DNA of 64,000 nucleotides from positions 74,246-138,245 of the forward strand of contig CAWGPQ010000017.1 of assembly GCA_963824495.1 (NCBI GenBank). The letters are read 5' to 3'. The notes beneath the pieces are model-generated. The model saw nothing but the letters and a program-made list of their open reading frames with translations. It was not told the DNA's origin and searched no databases. Positions within the stretch are counted from its first letter, which is position 1. Each line of letters opens with the position of its first letter. Source of the DNA: an uncultured bacterium (lineage in GTDB: Bacteria; Babelota; Babeliae; Babelales; Babelaceae). Shown here piece after piece: positions 9,862 to 19,769 of the stretch. Made by a program: the position numbers and the translations under genes.

Positions 9862-11214
9862 ATGACAGCAAGTAATCTTGAACATTGGATAACAACAGTT
9901 CAAACGTGGGCGTGGGGATGGCCACTTATTATTTTCGTTTTTGCTGCTGCTGTTATTATGACCTGTGCATTTAGGTTTATCCAGTTTCGCTATTTTATCC
10001 GTGCTTGGCGGTACGTATTTACAGCAGAACAGCAGCCTGGCGTTTCTCAAGAGTCATACATAACACCATTTCAGGCGTTCTTAAATACCCTAAACTCAAG
10101 TATTGGCAACGGGAGCCTGGCTGGTATGGCTACAGCTGTTTATTCGGGCGGACCAGGAGCGGCCCTTTGGGTATTTATTCTTGGGACGTTTATGATGGCA
10201 GTACGATTTGCTGAAGTATACGCAAGTACAAGATTTATTGAAACATCTGCAACAGGTGCTTTGCGTGGTGGTCCCATGGTCTATCTCAGCAATGTTCCCG
10301 GTGGAAAATTTTTACCATCACTCTATGCCGTATTCTGCTTACTTCTGAGTTTTTTCAGTGGCAATGCTATGCAGTGTAACTCGATAACACTAGGTCTTCA
10401 GCGTATGACCAATCTTGACGCGCGCATTATTGCTGCAATTCTTTTTGCTTTCTTGCTGTATATTATGCTCGGTGGAGCTCAACGTATTATTCGAGTATCA
10501 GATAAAATTGTACCTATCAAAGTAGGAGTCTTTTTTATCGCTACTATCGTTGCTCTTCTGTACCATTATCAATCACTATGGTCTGCACTTAAACTTATTT
10601 TTGAAAGTGCTTTTAGCTCGCGGGCGCTTGCAGGTGGCATACTGGGCTATAGCATCCAGGATGCTATCCGTTATGGTATGTCACGATCGCTTAATGCAAC
10701 TGAGGCAGGGTTAGGCACGTCAGGTGTCTTATTTGGCTCTACTGCCAGCAAGAACCCAATGCGCACGGGTATTATGTCGATGGTCACAACATTTATTAGT
10801 AGCCATCTTGTATGTTTTAGCATCATGCTCTTGATTGTGGCCAGTGGCGCATGGACAAGTGGATTAACGAGTACAGCATTAACAAGCTCTGCTTATGAAA
10901 CAGTTTTTGGATCTGCTGGAGGCTGGATCGTAACGTTCTTATCAATTGCTTTCGGCATGGGTGTATTAGTTGCTTATGCCTATATTGGTAGGGAATGCTG
11001 GATGTTTCTTACTAAAGGTCGCTTTAATGGAGTATATACAGGAATCTACTGCTTGATGGCTTTGTTTGGAGCACTAGCTCGTGTAGCAGCAGTATGGAAT
11101 GCTATTGATATCGTCAACGCAGGCCTTCTTGCTGTTAACTTATATGGCTTACTTGTACTTACACCCTTTATGAGTAGAGCAGTGCAGGCTTACATGAGCA
11201 AGCACTCTTCCTAA
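9862..11214 (+). CDS. Alanine/glycine:cation symporter (AGCS family)
   Basis: ITPFQA, IGNGSLAG, GGPGAALW, RGGPM, TEAGLG motifs; multi-TM. Confidence 0.92.
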   Translation: MTASNLEHWITTVQTWAWGWPLIIFVFAAAVIMTCAFRFIQFRYFIRAWRYVFTAEQQPGVSQESYITPFQAFLNTLNSSIGNGSLAGMATAVYSGGPGAALWVFILGTFMMAVRFAEVYASTRFIETSATGALRGGPMVYLSNVPGGKFLPSLYAVFCLLLSFFSGNAMQCNSITLGLQRMTNLDARIIAAILFAFLLYIMLGGAQRIIRVSDKIVPIKVGVFFIATIVALLYHYQSLWSALKLIFESAFSSRALAGGILGYSIQDAIRYGMSRSLNATEAGLGTSGVLFGSTASKNPMRTGIMSMVTTFISSHLVCFSIMLLIVASGAWTSGLTSTALTSSAYETVFGSAGGWIVTFLSIAFGMGVLVAYAYIGRECWMFLTKGRFNGVYTGIYCLMALFGALARVAAVWNAIDIVNAGLLAVNLYGLLVLTPFMSRAVQAYMSKHSS

Positions 11215-11272
11215 AAAGCACATACCTGATATACTGATACTACATATATAGTATTTTACAGCTAGCTATTTC

Positions 11273-12625
11273 TTGGACAGTATGCTTTATTATAGTGATG
11301 CGGTTCTCCAGCGCATAGGTTCCTTTATTTGGGGATGGCCTCTTGTTATCGGCGTGAGTACCATAAGTATTATTTTTACCATTGCCCTTAATTTTATTCA
11401 GTTTCGCTATTTTACCGCAAGCTGGAAGTATTTACTGTTCTCCGATCATACCGCTCGTACCAACCCAGAATATATTACGCCCTTTCAGGCATTTATGAAT
11501 ACGCTTAATGCAAGTATTGGTAATGGAAGTTTAGCCGGTATGGCAACAGCTATCGCTTCGGGTGGGCCTGGAGCAGCATTCTGGGTATTTATACTGGGTT
11601 TCTTTACTATGGCCATTAGATATGCCGAAGTATATGCAAGTACAAGCTTTACTGACACCACAGCGGCGGGTTTATGGCGTGGGGGACCTATGGTTTTTCT
11701 TGGCAAAGTGCCTGGTAAACGTATATTACCTTTGCTCTATGCAGTATCATGCTTACTGGTAAGTTTTATAGCAGGAAGCGCATTACAGTGCAATTCGATG
11801 CGCTTGGGTATTGAACGCATAACTCACGCCGAACCAAGCATGATCGCTTTCGCTCTTTTTGCTTTTTTAGCCTATATCATGCTTGGTGGTGCCCAACGCA
11901 TTATTAAGATCTCAAATACGTTGGTGCCCTTAAAAGTTGGGCTTTTCTTCGTAACGATACTTATAGTACTTGTTTATCACTATCGCATGCTCGATGATGC
12001 CCTATTTTTAATTATTAAAAGTGCTTTAAAGCCTCAAGCAGTTACCAGTGGTATCGCTGGGTATTCTATTAAGCAAGCGCTGCGCTTTGGTATTTCCCGC
12101 AAATTAAGCGCAACAGAAGTAGGATTAGGAACTGCTGGTGTGCTTTTTGGTGCAACAAAAGCTGTTAACCCTTGGCGAAATGCAATAATGTCAATGGCAT
12201 CGGTCGTTGTCAGTAATCACTTGGTGTGCTTTATGCTTATGCTTGCCCTTGTTGCAAGCGGTGTCTGGGACAGCGGTCTTACAAGTATAGCATTAACCAG
12301 TGCTGCTTATGAAACAGTATTCGGCTCGATTGGTGCCTGGATCGTAACGTTCTTGTCTATTATCTTTGGTATGGGCGTCATGATTTCATATGCTTATATC
12401 GGTCGTGAGTGCTGGAGGTTTATTACGGGGGGCCGCTTTCTCTGGCTTTATAGTATAATCTACTGCATGATGGCCCTTGTAGGTTCGCTCGGCAACGTTG
12501 AAAGTATTTGGAGTGCCGTCGATAGTGCTAACGCTGGTATGCTTGTTATTAATCTTTACGGATTACTTATGCTTTTGCCGTGGTTAAGGCGAGAGTTGCG
12601 TGCTCAAGAACTAACCCCAGTATAA
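11273..12625 (+). CDS. Alanine/glycine:cation symporter (AGCS family), tandem paralog
   Basis: Same motifs and length as the upstream gene. Confidence 0.92.
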   Translation: MDSMLYYSDAVLQRIGSFIWGWPLVIGVSTISIIFTIALNFIQFRYFTASWKYLLFSDHTARTNPEYITPFQAFMNTLNASIGNGSLAGMATAIASGGPGAAFWVFILGFFTMAIRYAEVYASTSFTDTTAAGLWRGGPMVFLGKVPGKRILPLLYAVSCLLVSFIAGSALQCNSMRLGIERITHAEPSMIAFALFAFLAYIMLGGAQRIIKISNTLVPLKVGLFFVTILIVLVYHYRMLDDALFLIIKSALKPQAVTSGIAGYSIKQALRFGISRKLSATEVGLGTAGVLFGATKAVNPWRNAIMSMASVVVSNHLVCFMLMLALVASGVWDSGLTSIALTSAAYETVFGSIGAWIVTFLSIIFGMGVMISYAYIGRECWRFITGGRFLWLYSIIYCMMALVGSLGNVESIWSAVDSANAGMLVINLYGLLMLLPWLRRELRAQELTPV

Positions 12626-12656
12626 ACCTGTTTAAACTATAAGTGTTATAAGTGCT

Positions 12657-14081
12657 ATGAGTGTATTGCCAACCGTGTTTCCTGTTACCTGTCATACTAC
12701 GCATGTAGGTCCGGGTAGTACTTTTGTTGCTATTAAAGGCATCAAAGAAGATGGTATTACGTATATCCCTGAAGCAGTTGCTCGTGGAGCATCACGTATT
12801 GTCATTGAAGAAAGCGTTGTGCTTTCTTCATCTATTCAAGAACTGCTTACCAGTAAAAATATAGCACCACTTCGTGTAGCTAATACACGTCAGGCACTCG
12901 CTGAACTAAGCGCTCAAGCACTTGATTATCCTGCACGGTCTTTAAAGATTATTGGCATAACGGGAACCGTAGGTAAATCAACAACTGTTTTTTTATTGGA
13001 GCACGTGCTTAAGTCAGCTGGTTATGCAACAGCGCGTATAAGCTCGGTGACCAACTCCATTAAAGAAACTTTATTGCCAGCACCACTTACGACACCCCAA
13101 CCTGATTATATACAGGTATTTCTCGACACATGCCGCAGACAAAATATCGAGTGGATTGTTATGGAAGTTGCAGCTCAAGCATTATCCCTTCACCGTGTAG
13201 ATGGTATAGAATTTGAAGCGGTTATTTTTACCAATTTTAGCCGAGAGCACGGTGAGTTTTACCCAACACTTACTGATTACTTTAACGCAAAAAAGCTTAT
13301 TCTTAATCAAGTTAAGCCTGGGGCGCTTGTTCTGCTTAATAATGACGATCCACATATTGCTCAACTCGTCTGCCCTCAAGCTCGCGTAATCTCCTATGGT
13401 TTACAAGCCACCTGTTCATATTGGGCACAGGTTAACCAAGCAGATCTTAATGGCTTAGATCTCACTGTGTATAATTCTAACCATGAGGAGCTTCCACTTA
13501 TTTGTCCCGCGTCATGTGGTTACTTTAACGGTTACAATATCTTAGCCGCTACAAGCTGTGCACTACGCCTTGGTATAGCACCTCATGCTATTCAACAAGC
13601 ATGTCGGACATTTGCTGGCGTGCCGGGCCGCTTAACCCGTTTTGTATTGCCTAATGGCGCCACAGCGTTTATTGATTACGCTTATAACCCATCGTCATTT
13701 CAAGCTGTACTGTCAACGCTACGACAACTTAGTTCACATATAATTGTTGTATTTGGGGCCGGCGGGGACCGTGATGTCCCAAGGCGCCCTCTAATGGGTG
13801 CTGTAGCTGCCCAGTATGCCGATAGTATTATTTTGACATCCGATAATCCACGGTCGGAAGATCCCATGGCTATTATTCAGAATATTCAAGCAGGCATATC
13901 GCCCGAGAATAATCATACAGTACTTATTGAACTTGATCGTGAGCAAGCAATAAGACATGCCTATAAGCTATCAGGCTCAAAAAGCATTATAGCTCTTTTG
14001 GGCAAGGGACCTGATGAATTTCAGCTTGTTAAAGGCATCAAATATCATTTTAGCGAAGCAGCTATACTTCAGTCTTTATAG
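12657..14081 (+). CDS. murE: UDP-MurNAc-Ala-Glu:meso-DAP ligase
   Basis: GITGTVGKST, TTP, MEV, FTNFSREH, VFGAGGDRD, SDNPRSEDP, GKG. Confidence 0.92.
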   Translation: MSVLPTVFPVTCHTTHVGPGSTFVAIKGIKEDGITYIPEAVARGASRIVIEESVVLSSSIQELLTSKNIAPLRVANTRQALAELSAQALDYPARSLKIIGITGTVGKSTTVFLLEHVLKSAGYATARISSVTNSIKETLLPAPLTTPQPDYIQVFLDTCRRQNIEWIVMEVAAQALSLHRVDGIEFEAVIFTNFSREHGEFYPTLTDYFNAKKLILNQVKPGALVLLNNDDPHIAQLVCPQARVISYGLQATCSYWAQVNQADLNGLDLTVYNSNHEELPLICPASCGYFNGYNILAATSCALRLGIAPHAIQQACRTFAGVPGRLTRFVLPNGATAFIDYAYNPSSFQAVLSTLRQLSSHIIVVFGAGGDRDVPRRPLMGAVAAQYADSIILTSDNPRSEDPMAIIQNIQAGISPENNHTVLIELDREQAIRHAYKLSGSKSIIALLGKGPDEFQLVKGIKYHFSEAAILQSL

Positions 14082-14126
14082 ATAAAAAAAACTCAGTAAC
14101 TTGAGTTGCGCAAAACGGCCAAGCAA

Positions 14127-14168
14127 AAGGCCTTCCGTTATGTCTTGTAAGATTATAAGGAAGGCCTT
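14127..14168. terminator. Intrinsic terminator-like hairpin between convergent genes
   Basis: aaggccttcc...ggaaggcctt inverted repeat. Confidence 0.7.
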
Positions 14169-14204
14169 AACTTTAACAACTATAAGAAGTTATTAGATAG
14201 AGGC

Positions 14205-14390
14205 TTATCTGCAACCGCAACAACGTCTGCGACAACCACAGCCACAGTTGCTGTGTTTGAAAGAAACACTATCGCCTTGGGACAGTATCTCTTTTTGATC
14301 GGCTTTTACTGCGCCTTGAGCTTTATCTGAGCAGAAGACTGGAGCAGGAATAAGCGAAACAGCGAGTAATGCCATGCTTAATGTTTTCAT
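14205..14390 (-). CDS. Small exported protein with Cys/Arg-rich C-terminus
   Basis: RBS AAAGGA 5 nt before ATG 14390; signal peptide; tail CGCGCRRRCCGCR. Confidence 0.75.
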   Translation of the reverse strand: MKTLSMALLAVSLIPAPVFCSDKAQGAVKADQKEILSQGDSVSFKHSNCGCGCRRRCCGCR

Positions 14391-14514
14391 GGGCATCCTT
14401 TCTTAAAAGAGGTTTTGAACACTTTGATCTCAGTGCCCCACCATACCTAAGCATATTGTTGCTGTCAATAGATCAAAGCTCTATTGGCAAAGTCTTCTTA
14501 AAACCCAGGCTCAA

Positions 14515-15636
14515 TTAGCGAATTGAATGATAGCCACCGGAAACTCCTTTTTTTGAAAGCACAATTTGCCAAAGCTGACAATAACGTGCTCTAAAAGCTC
14601 CAGCGCAGCTGAGCAAATAGTAGCTCCACATGCGATAAAAGCGTTCACTATAGTTTGACTTAAGGGTATTCCAACTTTTATTGAAATTGGCATACCAAGC
14701 AAGAAGAGTTTTTTCATAAAAAGCACTAAAATTATGCCAATCTTCCATAACAAATAACCCTTCGCCCGCTGCAGCTATCTGCTTGATAGACGGAAGCATA
14801 GAGTTAGGGAAAATATACTTTTCTAGCCAAGGGTCACCCGCAGTACAAGATCTATTGCCACCTATAGTATGCAAAAGAAACAAACCGTCATCTTTTAAGC
14901 AGCGGTTAATAATATGCATATAGGTGCTATAGTTCTTATAGCCAACATGCTCAAACATGCCCAATGACACAATGTGATCAAACGGCTCATTAACCTCTCG
15001 ATAATCCTGTAATCGTATCTCGACTGGCAGCCCCTTGCAGAGCTTATTGCCGAGAGCAACTTGTTCAGCAGATATAGTAACTCCTACAACACTGACACCA
15101 TAGTGCTCGGCTGCATATTTTGCAAAGCTTCCCCAACCACAGCCGACATCAAGAACATGCATGCCAGGCTTAAGACCAATTTTGCGGCATACTAAATCAA
15201 GCTTCGCTTCTTGTGCATCGTCAAGATTATGAGTATCTTTCCAATATCCACAAGTATAGACTAATCGCTTATCAAGCATGCTTTCATAAAGATCATTACC
15301 TAAATCATAATGGTGCTCACCAACCTGATAAGCACGTCTGGCATGCTGTAGGTTATACAGCTGTGCTTTAAGCATATGCCAGAGCAATGTTGGACTTGGG
15401 CGTAGTTTATTGGGCAAATCTACGGTAAGAATTTTGTTAAAAAATTCGTCAAGCTGCTGGCAATCCCACCAACCGTCCATATAGGCTTGGCCGAGCCCTA
15501 GCGATCCTTTGGCAAAAACACGAGTGTACAAACGGTCATTATGCACCTGTATATCCCATGGACGATTGCCATTAACGATAATATCGGCAAGACTCAATAA
15601 GTGCGTAGCAAGCTCCTTCGCTCCCCTCTGTAGCAT
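14515..15636 (-). CDS. cfa: Cyclopropane-fatty-acyl-phospholipid synthase
   Basis: HYDLGNDLY, YTCGYW, LDVGCGWG, GMFEHVG, KYIFP, WSYYLLSCAGAF. Confidence 0.96.
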   Translation of the reverse strand: MLQRGAKELATHLLSLADIIVNGNRPWDIQVHNDRLYTRVFAKGSLGLGQAYMDGWWDCQQLDEFFNKILTVDLPNKLRPSPTLLWHMLKAQLYNLQHARRAYQVGEHHYDLGNDLYESMLDKRLVYTCGYWKDTHNLDDAQEAKLDLVCRKIGLKPGMHVLDVGCGWGSFAKYAAEHYGVSVVGVTISAEQVALGNKLCKGLPVEIRLQDYREVNEPFDHIVSLGMFEHVGYKNYSTYMHIINRCLKDDGLFLLHTIGGNRSCTAGDPWLEKYIFPNSMLPSIKQIAAAGEGLFVMEDWHNFSAFYEKTLLAWYANFNKSWNTLKSNYSERFYRMWSYYLLSCAGAFRARYCQLWQIVLSKKGVSGGYHSIR

Positions 15637-15702
15637 AGTACTCTACCCTCACGCTTACACAGTACAGCAGTATACTTTTTTGTGAGCATAAAAAAGTAAC
15701 GA

Positions 15703-15792
15703 CTAAGAAGTCAATTGAAGCTTGTTGATCACATGCTCAAGTCTGCTGTATGCTTGCAGTAGGGTCTTGCAGCGAAGCTTTAACCTTTCCAT
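15703..15792 (-). pseudogene. Truncated remnant of a HEPN / nucleotidyltransferase substrate-binding (HI0074-like) gene
   Basis: ATG overlaps the MNT 3' end; MERLKLRCKTLLQAYSRLEHVINKLQLTS* (29 aa); position typical of an MNT-HEPN pair. Confidence 0.45.
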
Positions 15793-16065
15793 AAAATGAC
15801 CTCGGGCATTATCTCAGTTTTCATCTCTTCAGGAACAGAATGTATATCGACAATATCAATTCGTTAGGGTATATAGAGGCATTCAAGAACGTTTCTCGCT
15901 TGAGCTAATTCTAACATATCTAATTTGCGCCCTGCATCAAGAGCAATATCTATATCCGAAGTCACCTTATGGGTTCCCCGAGCGCGAGAACCAAACAGAT
16001 AAATTTTAGCATTTGGGGAATAATACATAAAGAAGTCTTGTCATAACGTCTTGATCTTTAATCAT
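15780..16065 (-). pseudogene. Minimal nucleotidyltransferase (MNT/MntA-like antitoxin) pseudogene
   Basis: Manual translation KIYLFGSRARGTHKVTSDIDIALD...YIP*RIDIVDI; one frameshift near 16018 and an in-frame TAA near 15865. Confidence 0.85.
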
Positions 16066-16079
16066 GCTTGGAGCTCCAT

Positions 16080-16114
16080 CAGCACAGAAGCCAGTAGTAC
16101 TGGCTTCTGTGCTG
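16080..16114. terminator. Perfect hairpin downstream of the ankyrin gene
   Basis: cagcacagaagccagta...tactggcttctgtgctg. Confidence 0.75.
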
Positions 16115-16160
16115 ACTATACAGCTTGATTATAGAATATCCTGAGCACTTAAGCAATCAC

Positions 16161-17273
16161 TTAGAACCCTGATTGAGGTGGAACTCCCGGTGCCATAGCA
16201 AGTTGGGCAATAATAGCAGCAATTTCAGCCGGAAGCGGTTGACCTGTGGGAGTTGGAGCCCATGCAAATTCACCAGCTTGTCGTCCTGTTTGTGTTAGCT
16301 GACCGTATACAAGTTCGCTTGCATGTCTTTCAAGAAAATCTGCAACTTCAGGATGATTATTTCGAAAAGCAAGAATCCATGCTGACGCATGTTGATTATT
16401 GAAGAGATTCGCCAGAGCATTATGACGAAGTAAAACTTGAACAGCACGTAGGTGTCCATTACGGGCTGCGTAATGCAAGGCCGTATCGCCGTTATTGTTA
16501 CGTTCATTGACATGAGCACCTGCTCGTAAAAGGCTCTCAATAATGTCAGGATTGCCAGCAAGCGCTGCATAGTGTAATGGTGTATTGCCTGCAGTGCTTC
16601 GTACTTTAACATCAGCTCCACGATCAAGTAACAGGCGCACAAGATCTGCATGGCCCCGGACGGCAGCCCAATCTAATGCCGTCATACCCAAAAATGGCTC
16701 AGCATCATTAATTACTTGAGGCATCTTGTTCAAGATAGTAGCAACTGCTTCTGTATCGCCTTCGATGAGTGCCAAATTCAAAGGCGATAAAACAGGACGT
16801 AGTAGATCAATCATTCTTTGATAAAGTTCAGCAGGAACGGGTGCATCATTGGCCAAAAGCAAGAACACTGCTCGATCTTGTCCTTGAAGTAGTGCTAAAG
16901 CCAAGGGAGTTTGTCCCTGCTGATTTGCATGATTAATATGAGCATTGTGAGCAAGTAAAAGTTGCATAACAGGTATCTGTCCTTCATAGGCAGCCCAACT
17001 TAAAGGAGTATTTCCATACGTATCTATAGTATCAACATTGGCACCTCCTTGCAGTGCCTTCTCAATCGTCTCCACAGCCCCCATGCCTACTGCTGCACGC
17101 AACGATAATTGCTTAAGCTTTTTACGTGCTTCTTGAGATAGCTCTGGGCGATATTTTTGTTTTTTCCTCGGTGGACTTGGTGGTGACGTGCTCCAGACCT
17201 GTAAACAAGAAACACTGAGCACTAAAGCTACAAAAGACACGGTGAACAATCGTAAATTTTTAGATATTTCCAT
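16161..17273 (-). CDS. Exported ankyrin-repeat protein with NLS-like patch and C-terminal F-box-like motif
   Basis: Signal peptide, PPRKKQK, ankyrin repeats, LPAEIAAIIAQLA. Confidence 0.9.
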   Translation of the reverse strand: MEISKNLRLFTVSFVALVLSVSCLQVWSTSPPSPPRKKQKYRPELSQEARKKLKQLSLRAAVGMGAVETIEKALQGGANVDTIDTYGNTPLSWAAYEGQIPVMQLLLAHNAHINHANQQGQTPLALALLQGQDRAVFLLLANDAPVPAELYQRMIDLLRPVLSPLNLALIEGDTEAVATILNKMPQVINDAEPFLGMTALDWAAVRGHADLVRLLLDRGADVKVRSTAGNTPLHYAALAGNPDIIESLLRAGAHVNERNNNGDTALHYAARNGHLRAVQVLLRHNALANLFNNQHASAWILAFRNNHPEVADFLERHASELVYGQLTQTGRQAGEFAWAPTPTGQPLPAEIAAIIAQLAMAPGVPPQSGF

Positions 17274-17388
17274 AAGTTAAGCCTCATTTATATCAAATAA
17301 ACTATCTGTCTAATAGTAATAGTAGCAAATTATGGGCCGAGGCGTCAACACTTAATTGTTCGGTAGTGAAGTAGCAATGTTAGATACG

Positions 17389-18372
17389 TTAAGAAGTTGT
17401 TTCAGCTTGAGCTTTTCCCATAAGGTAGCTTATGATATGGCGCATAATGTTCTTTTCAGGTAAAAGAGGCAAAATCTTGTCGAGCTTATTATCGCGTCCT
17501 GCTTTCGATACCATGCTCACTTGCGTTGAGGGAATCATGCGGTCAAATACAGCAAGTACATTCTGGTGGTCAAGTTTATAAGCAAGTCCCCAAGCTGTGT
17601 AACCATCATTATTATGAATATCAGCACGAAATCGACGGGCTATGAAAAGTTCGACAGCTTCAGCATGATCCTTTAATGCAGCAAGATGAAGCAATGTATT
17701 TTTATGGTCGTCTCTTTTACTTATGAGAGCACCATGATCTAAAAGTGCCTCGATAATTGCTTTATGACCAGACAACGTAGCCCACTGCAACGGCGTTATG
17801 CTCAATTTTCCATCTATTTCTGAAAAACATTTGGGCGTAACGCCTTTTAGAAGCTCTGTCACACGATTGCTATCGCCAACAAGAGATGCAGCATCGAGAG
17901 GTGAATACTTGTCTTGCTCCAAAGTTTTACAAACCAGTTCACGTTCTTCTTTAGACAGCATAACAGGATGATGTAAGAGTGTAAGAAGAGATGATATTCG
18001 GGGCGATGGTGAGCAGAGCCAGTGTATAAGCGAACAATCTGGGTCTTTAAAATGCTTAAGATTAGCACCATGAGCAATGAGCAGTGTGACAATATGTGGG
18101 CTATTATTAAGAGCAGCCCATGTCAAAGGGGTGTGACCCGTTTTGGAATTATGACAGTTAACATCGGCTCCCGCCTCCAAAAGTGATGTTATTGTCTCCC
18201 TATCTGGTTGCATGGCGATGGTATCAAGTAATGCATTGTTAAGTTCTTGCTGAATCTCAGGTAAAATCTCTAGTGCTCTATTAGTTGTAACTTGCATACA
18301 AGAGAGAGAAAGAGTGCAAGTAAAAATGCTCAAGTTTAGTAGTGATGTAGGTGACAGTAAAACGCTCTCCAT
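17389..18372 (-). CDS. Ankyrin-repeat protein with C-terminal F-box-like motif
   Basis: HTPLTWAA, TPLQWA, TLLHLAA; tail LPEKNIMRHIISYL. Confidence 0.88.
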   Translation of the reverse strand: MESVLLSPTSLLNLSIFTCTLSLSCMQVTTNRALEILPEIQQELNNALLDTIAMQPDRETITSLLEAGADVNCHNSKTGHTPLTWAALNNSPHIVTLLIAHGANLKHFKDPDCSLIHWLCSPSPRISSLLTLLHHPVMLSKEERELVCKTLEQDKYSPLDAASLVGDSNRVTELLKGVTPKCFSEIDGKLSITPLQWATLSGHKAIIEALLDHGALISKRDDHKNTLLHLAALKDHAEAVELFIARRFRADIHNNDGYTAWGLAYKLDHQNVLAVFDRMIPSTQVSMVSKAGRDNKLDKILPLLPEKNIMRHIISYLMGKAQAETTS

Positions 18373-18737
18373 AGATAACTAAGACCCCGCATAAACAACA
18401 TGGCAATAATAAATTTTTCCAATAGTAACAAAAATTTAAGAATTAATCAACATCTTTAAAAATAATAACATATTAGATATTATTTAGTGATATGCAGCTA
18501 CTCTCAAGCTTTTTTAACTTGTCTTTTAACTTCTCTAGTATTATTTCTATTGACATTCACATGGCTTAAAAGCTAGAGATTCTTGTTTTGTAGGGTGACC
18601 GAATTCAGATCTCTATCTATCTCTATGCCGCATTCTTTACAAGTGTAAGTACGTACCGATAAAGGCATGTCTTGAACATTCTTACAAGCTGAACACATCT
18701 TAGTCGTTGGCCGGTAACGATTAATCATAGCAAAATG

Positions 18738-18771
18738 GCCTACTCCGCCATAGTTGCCACGAAGGCCGGGC
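18738..18771. repeat. 34-bp palindromic insertion in tnpB
   Basis: gcctactccgccatagttgccacgaaggccgggc interrupts QWYGK|HFAM. Confidence 0.8.
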
Positions 18772-18845
18772 TTTACCATACCATTGGCACTTGTACCGTA
18801 ACATATCAACGAATATGCTCCATCCAGCATCACTTATAGACTGTG

Positions 18846-18914
18846 GCCTACTCCGCCATAACAGCCTTCAAGATCTTCATAGTTTTAACGAAGAAGATGG
18901 CTATGAAGGCCGGA
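18846..18914. repeat. 69-bp palindromic insertion in tnpB, containing a nested hairpin
   Basis: Shares ends gcctactccgccata...gaaggccgg with 18738-18771; removal restores RYVAQSISDAGW. Confidence 0.8.
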
Positions 18915-19090
18915 CTACATATCTATTACGAATCGTGCTTTTAACGTCGAGATTCTCTACAACAATAACGTCGTGGTTTTTGACGATTTTGCTTGATGCT
19001 TTATGAAGAAAATCTTTTCTCTTATTTCTAATATATCTATGACAGTCACCAACACGGTTGACTGCTTTCTTTCCGTTATTGCTGCCCTTG

Positions 19091-19117
19091 GCCGTCGTAG
19101 CCTTTGGCGAAGTCGGC
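19091..19117. repeat. 27-bp in-frame palindromic insertion in tnpB
   Basis: gccgtcgtagcctttggcgaagtcggc flanked by cttgg direct repeats; adds PTSPKATTA within RTK|KGS. Confidence 0.75.
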
Positions 19118-19769
19118 TTGGTTCGAGCATAAGCACGTTGAGATAGAGCTAATTTATTTAAACTACTTTTAAGGAAAGCAGGATTTTCAATAACGTCACC
19201 GGTAGACATAACGGCAAAGCGATTAATACCCAAATCTATACCAACAGCGTTATGTGCAGAGATAGCTACAGGCTGTATGTCAGACATAACACTACAAGCA
19301 AGATGAATGTGCCAATGCTTGCCATCTCTTTTTATCGTGGCCTGTTTAATGTTTCCCTCAACAGGGCGAGAGTTTCTATAGCGTATCCATCCTATTTTGG
19401 GCAAATAGACTTTATCGTTAGCACATTCAATATATTGAGGATATCTGAAAGAATCTTTAATGCCCTTCTTTTAAAACGAGGAAAGCCAAATTTATTCTTT
19501 GCCTTACGTGCTTTAAAAAAGCTCTTAATTCCTCGCTCTAGATCTTTAAGAGAGTGCTGTAATACTTGAGAATGAGGTTCAGCAAGCCAAAAGGTATCGT
19601 CCAGCCTTCTTAAAAAGAGTGAGCTCACGAGCAAGATCAGTATAAAATGGTACGCTGAGCATGTAAAGCTTCTTTAATACAAGCATTGACGCAAAATATA
19701 TTTTAGGGCAGTCTAGGCGTTGCTAACCAAGGGCAAACTCTACACCGTTACACACCAGTCGAGGAAACC

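Larger units (their letters stand above)
18573..19650 (-). mobile_element. tnpB: Degraded IS200/IS605-family tnpB (RNA-guided nuclease) pseudogene
   Basis: GFPRFK, LPKIGWI, GIDLGI (RuvC-I), VVENL (RuvC-II), SISDAGW, CSAC...CKECG...DRDLN; frameshifts near 19602 and 19470 plus hairpin insertions; both termini truncated. Confidence 0.92.

Noticed and set aside
13670..13692. MurE DYAYNP instead of DYAHxP suggesting altered specificity
   Set aside because: The DNPR meso-DAP motif and the rest of the enzyme are intact; one substitution is not enough evidence
18573..19650. Possible active TnpB/Cas12f system with omega RNA
   Set aside because: Multiple frameshifts and stops, truncated N- and C-termini, and no recognisable right end, tnpA or CRISPR array
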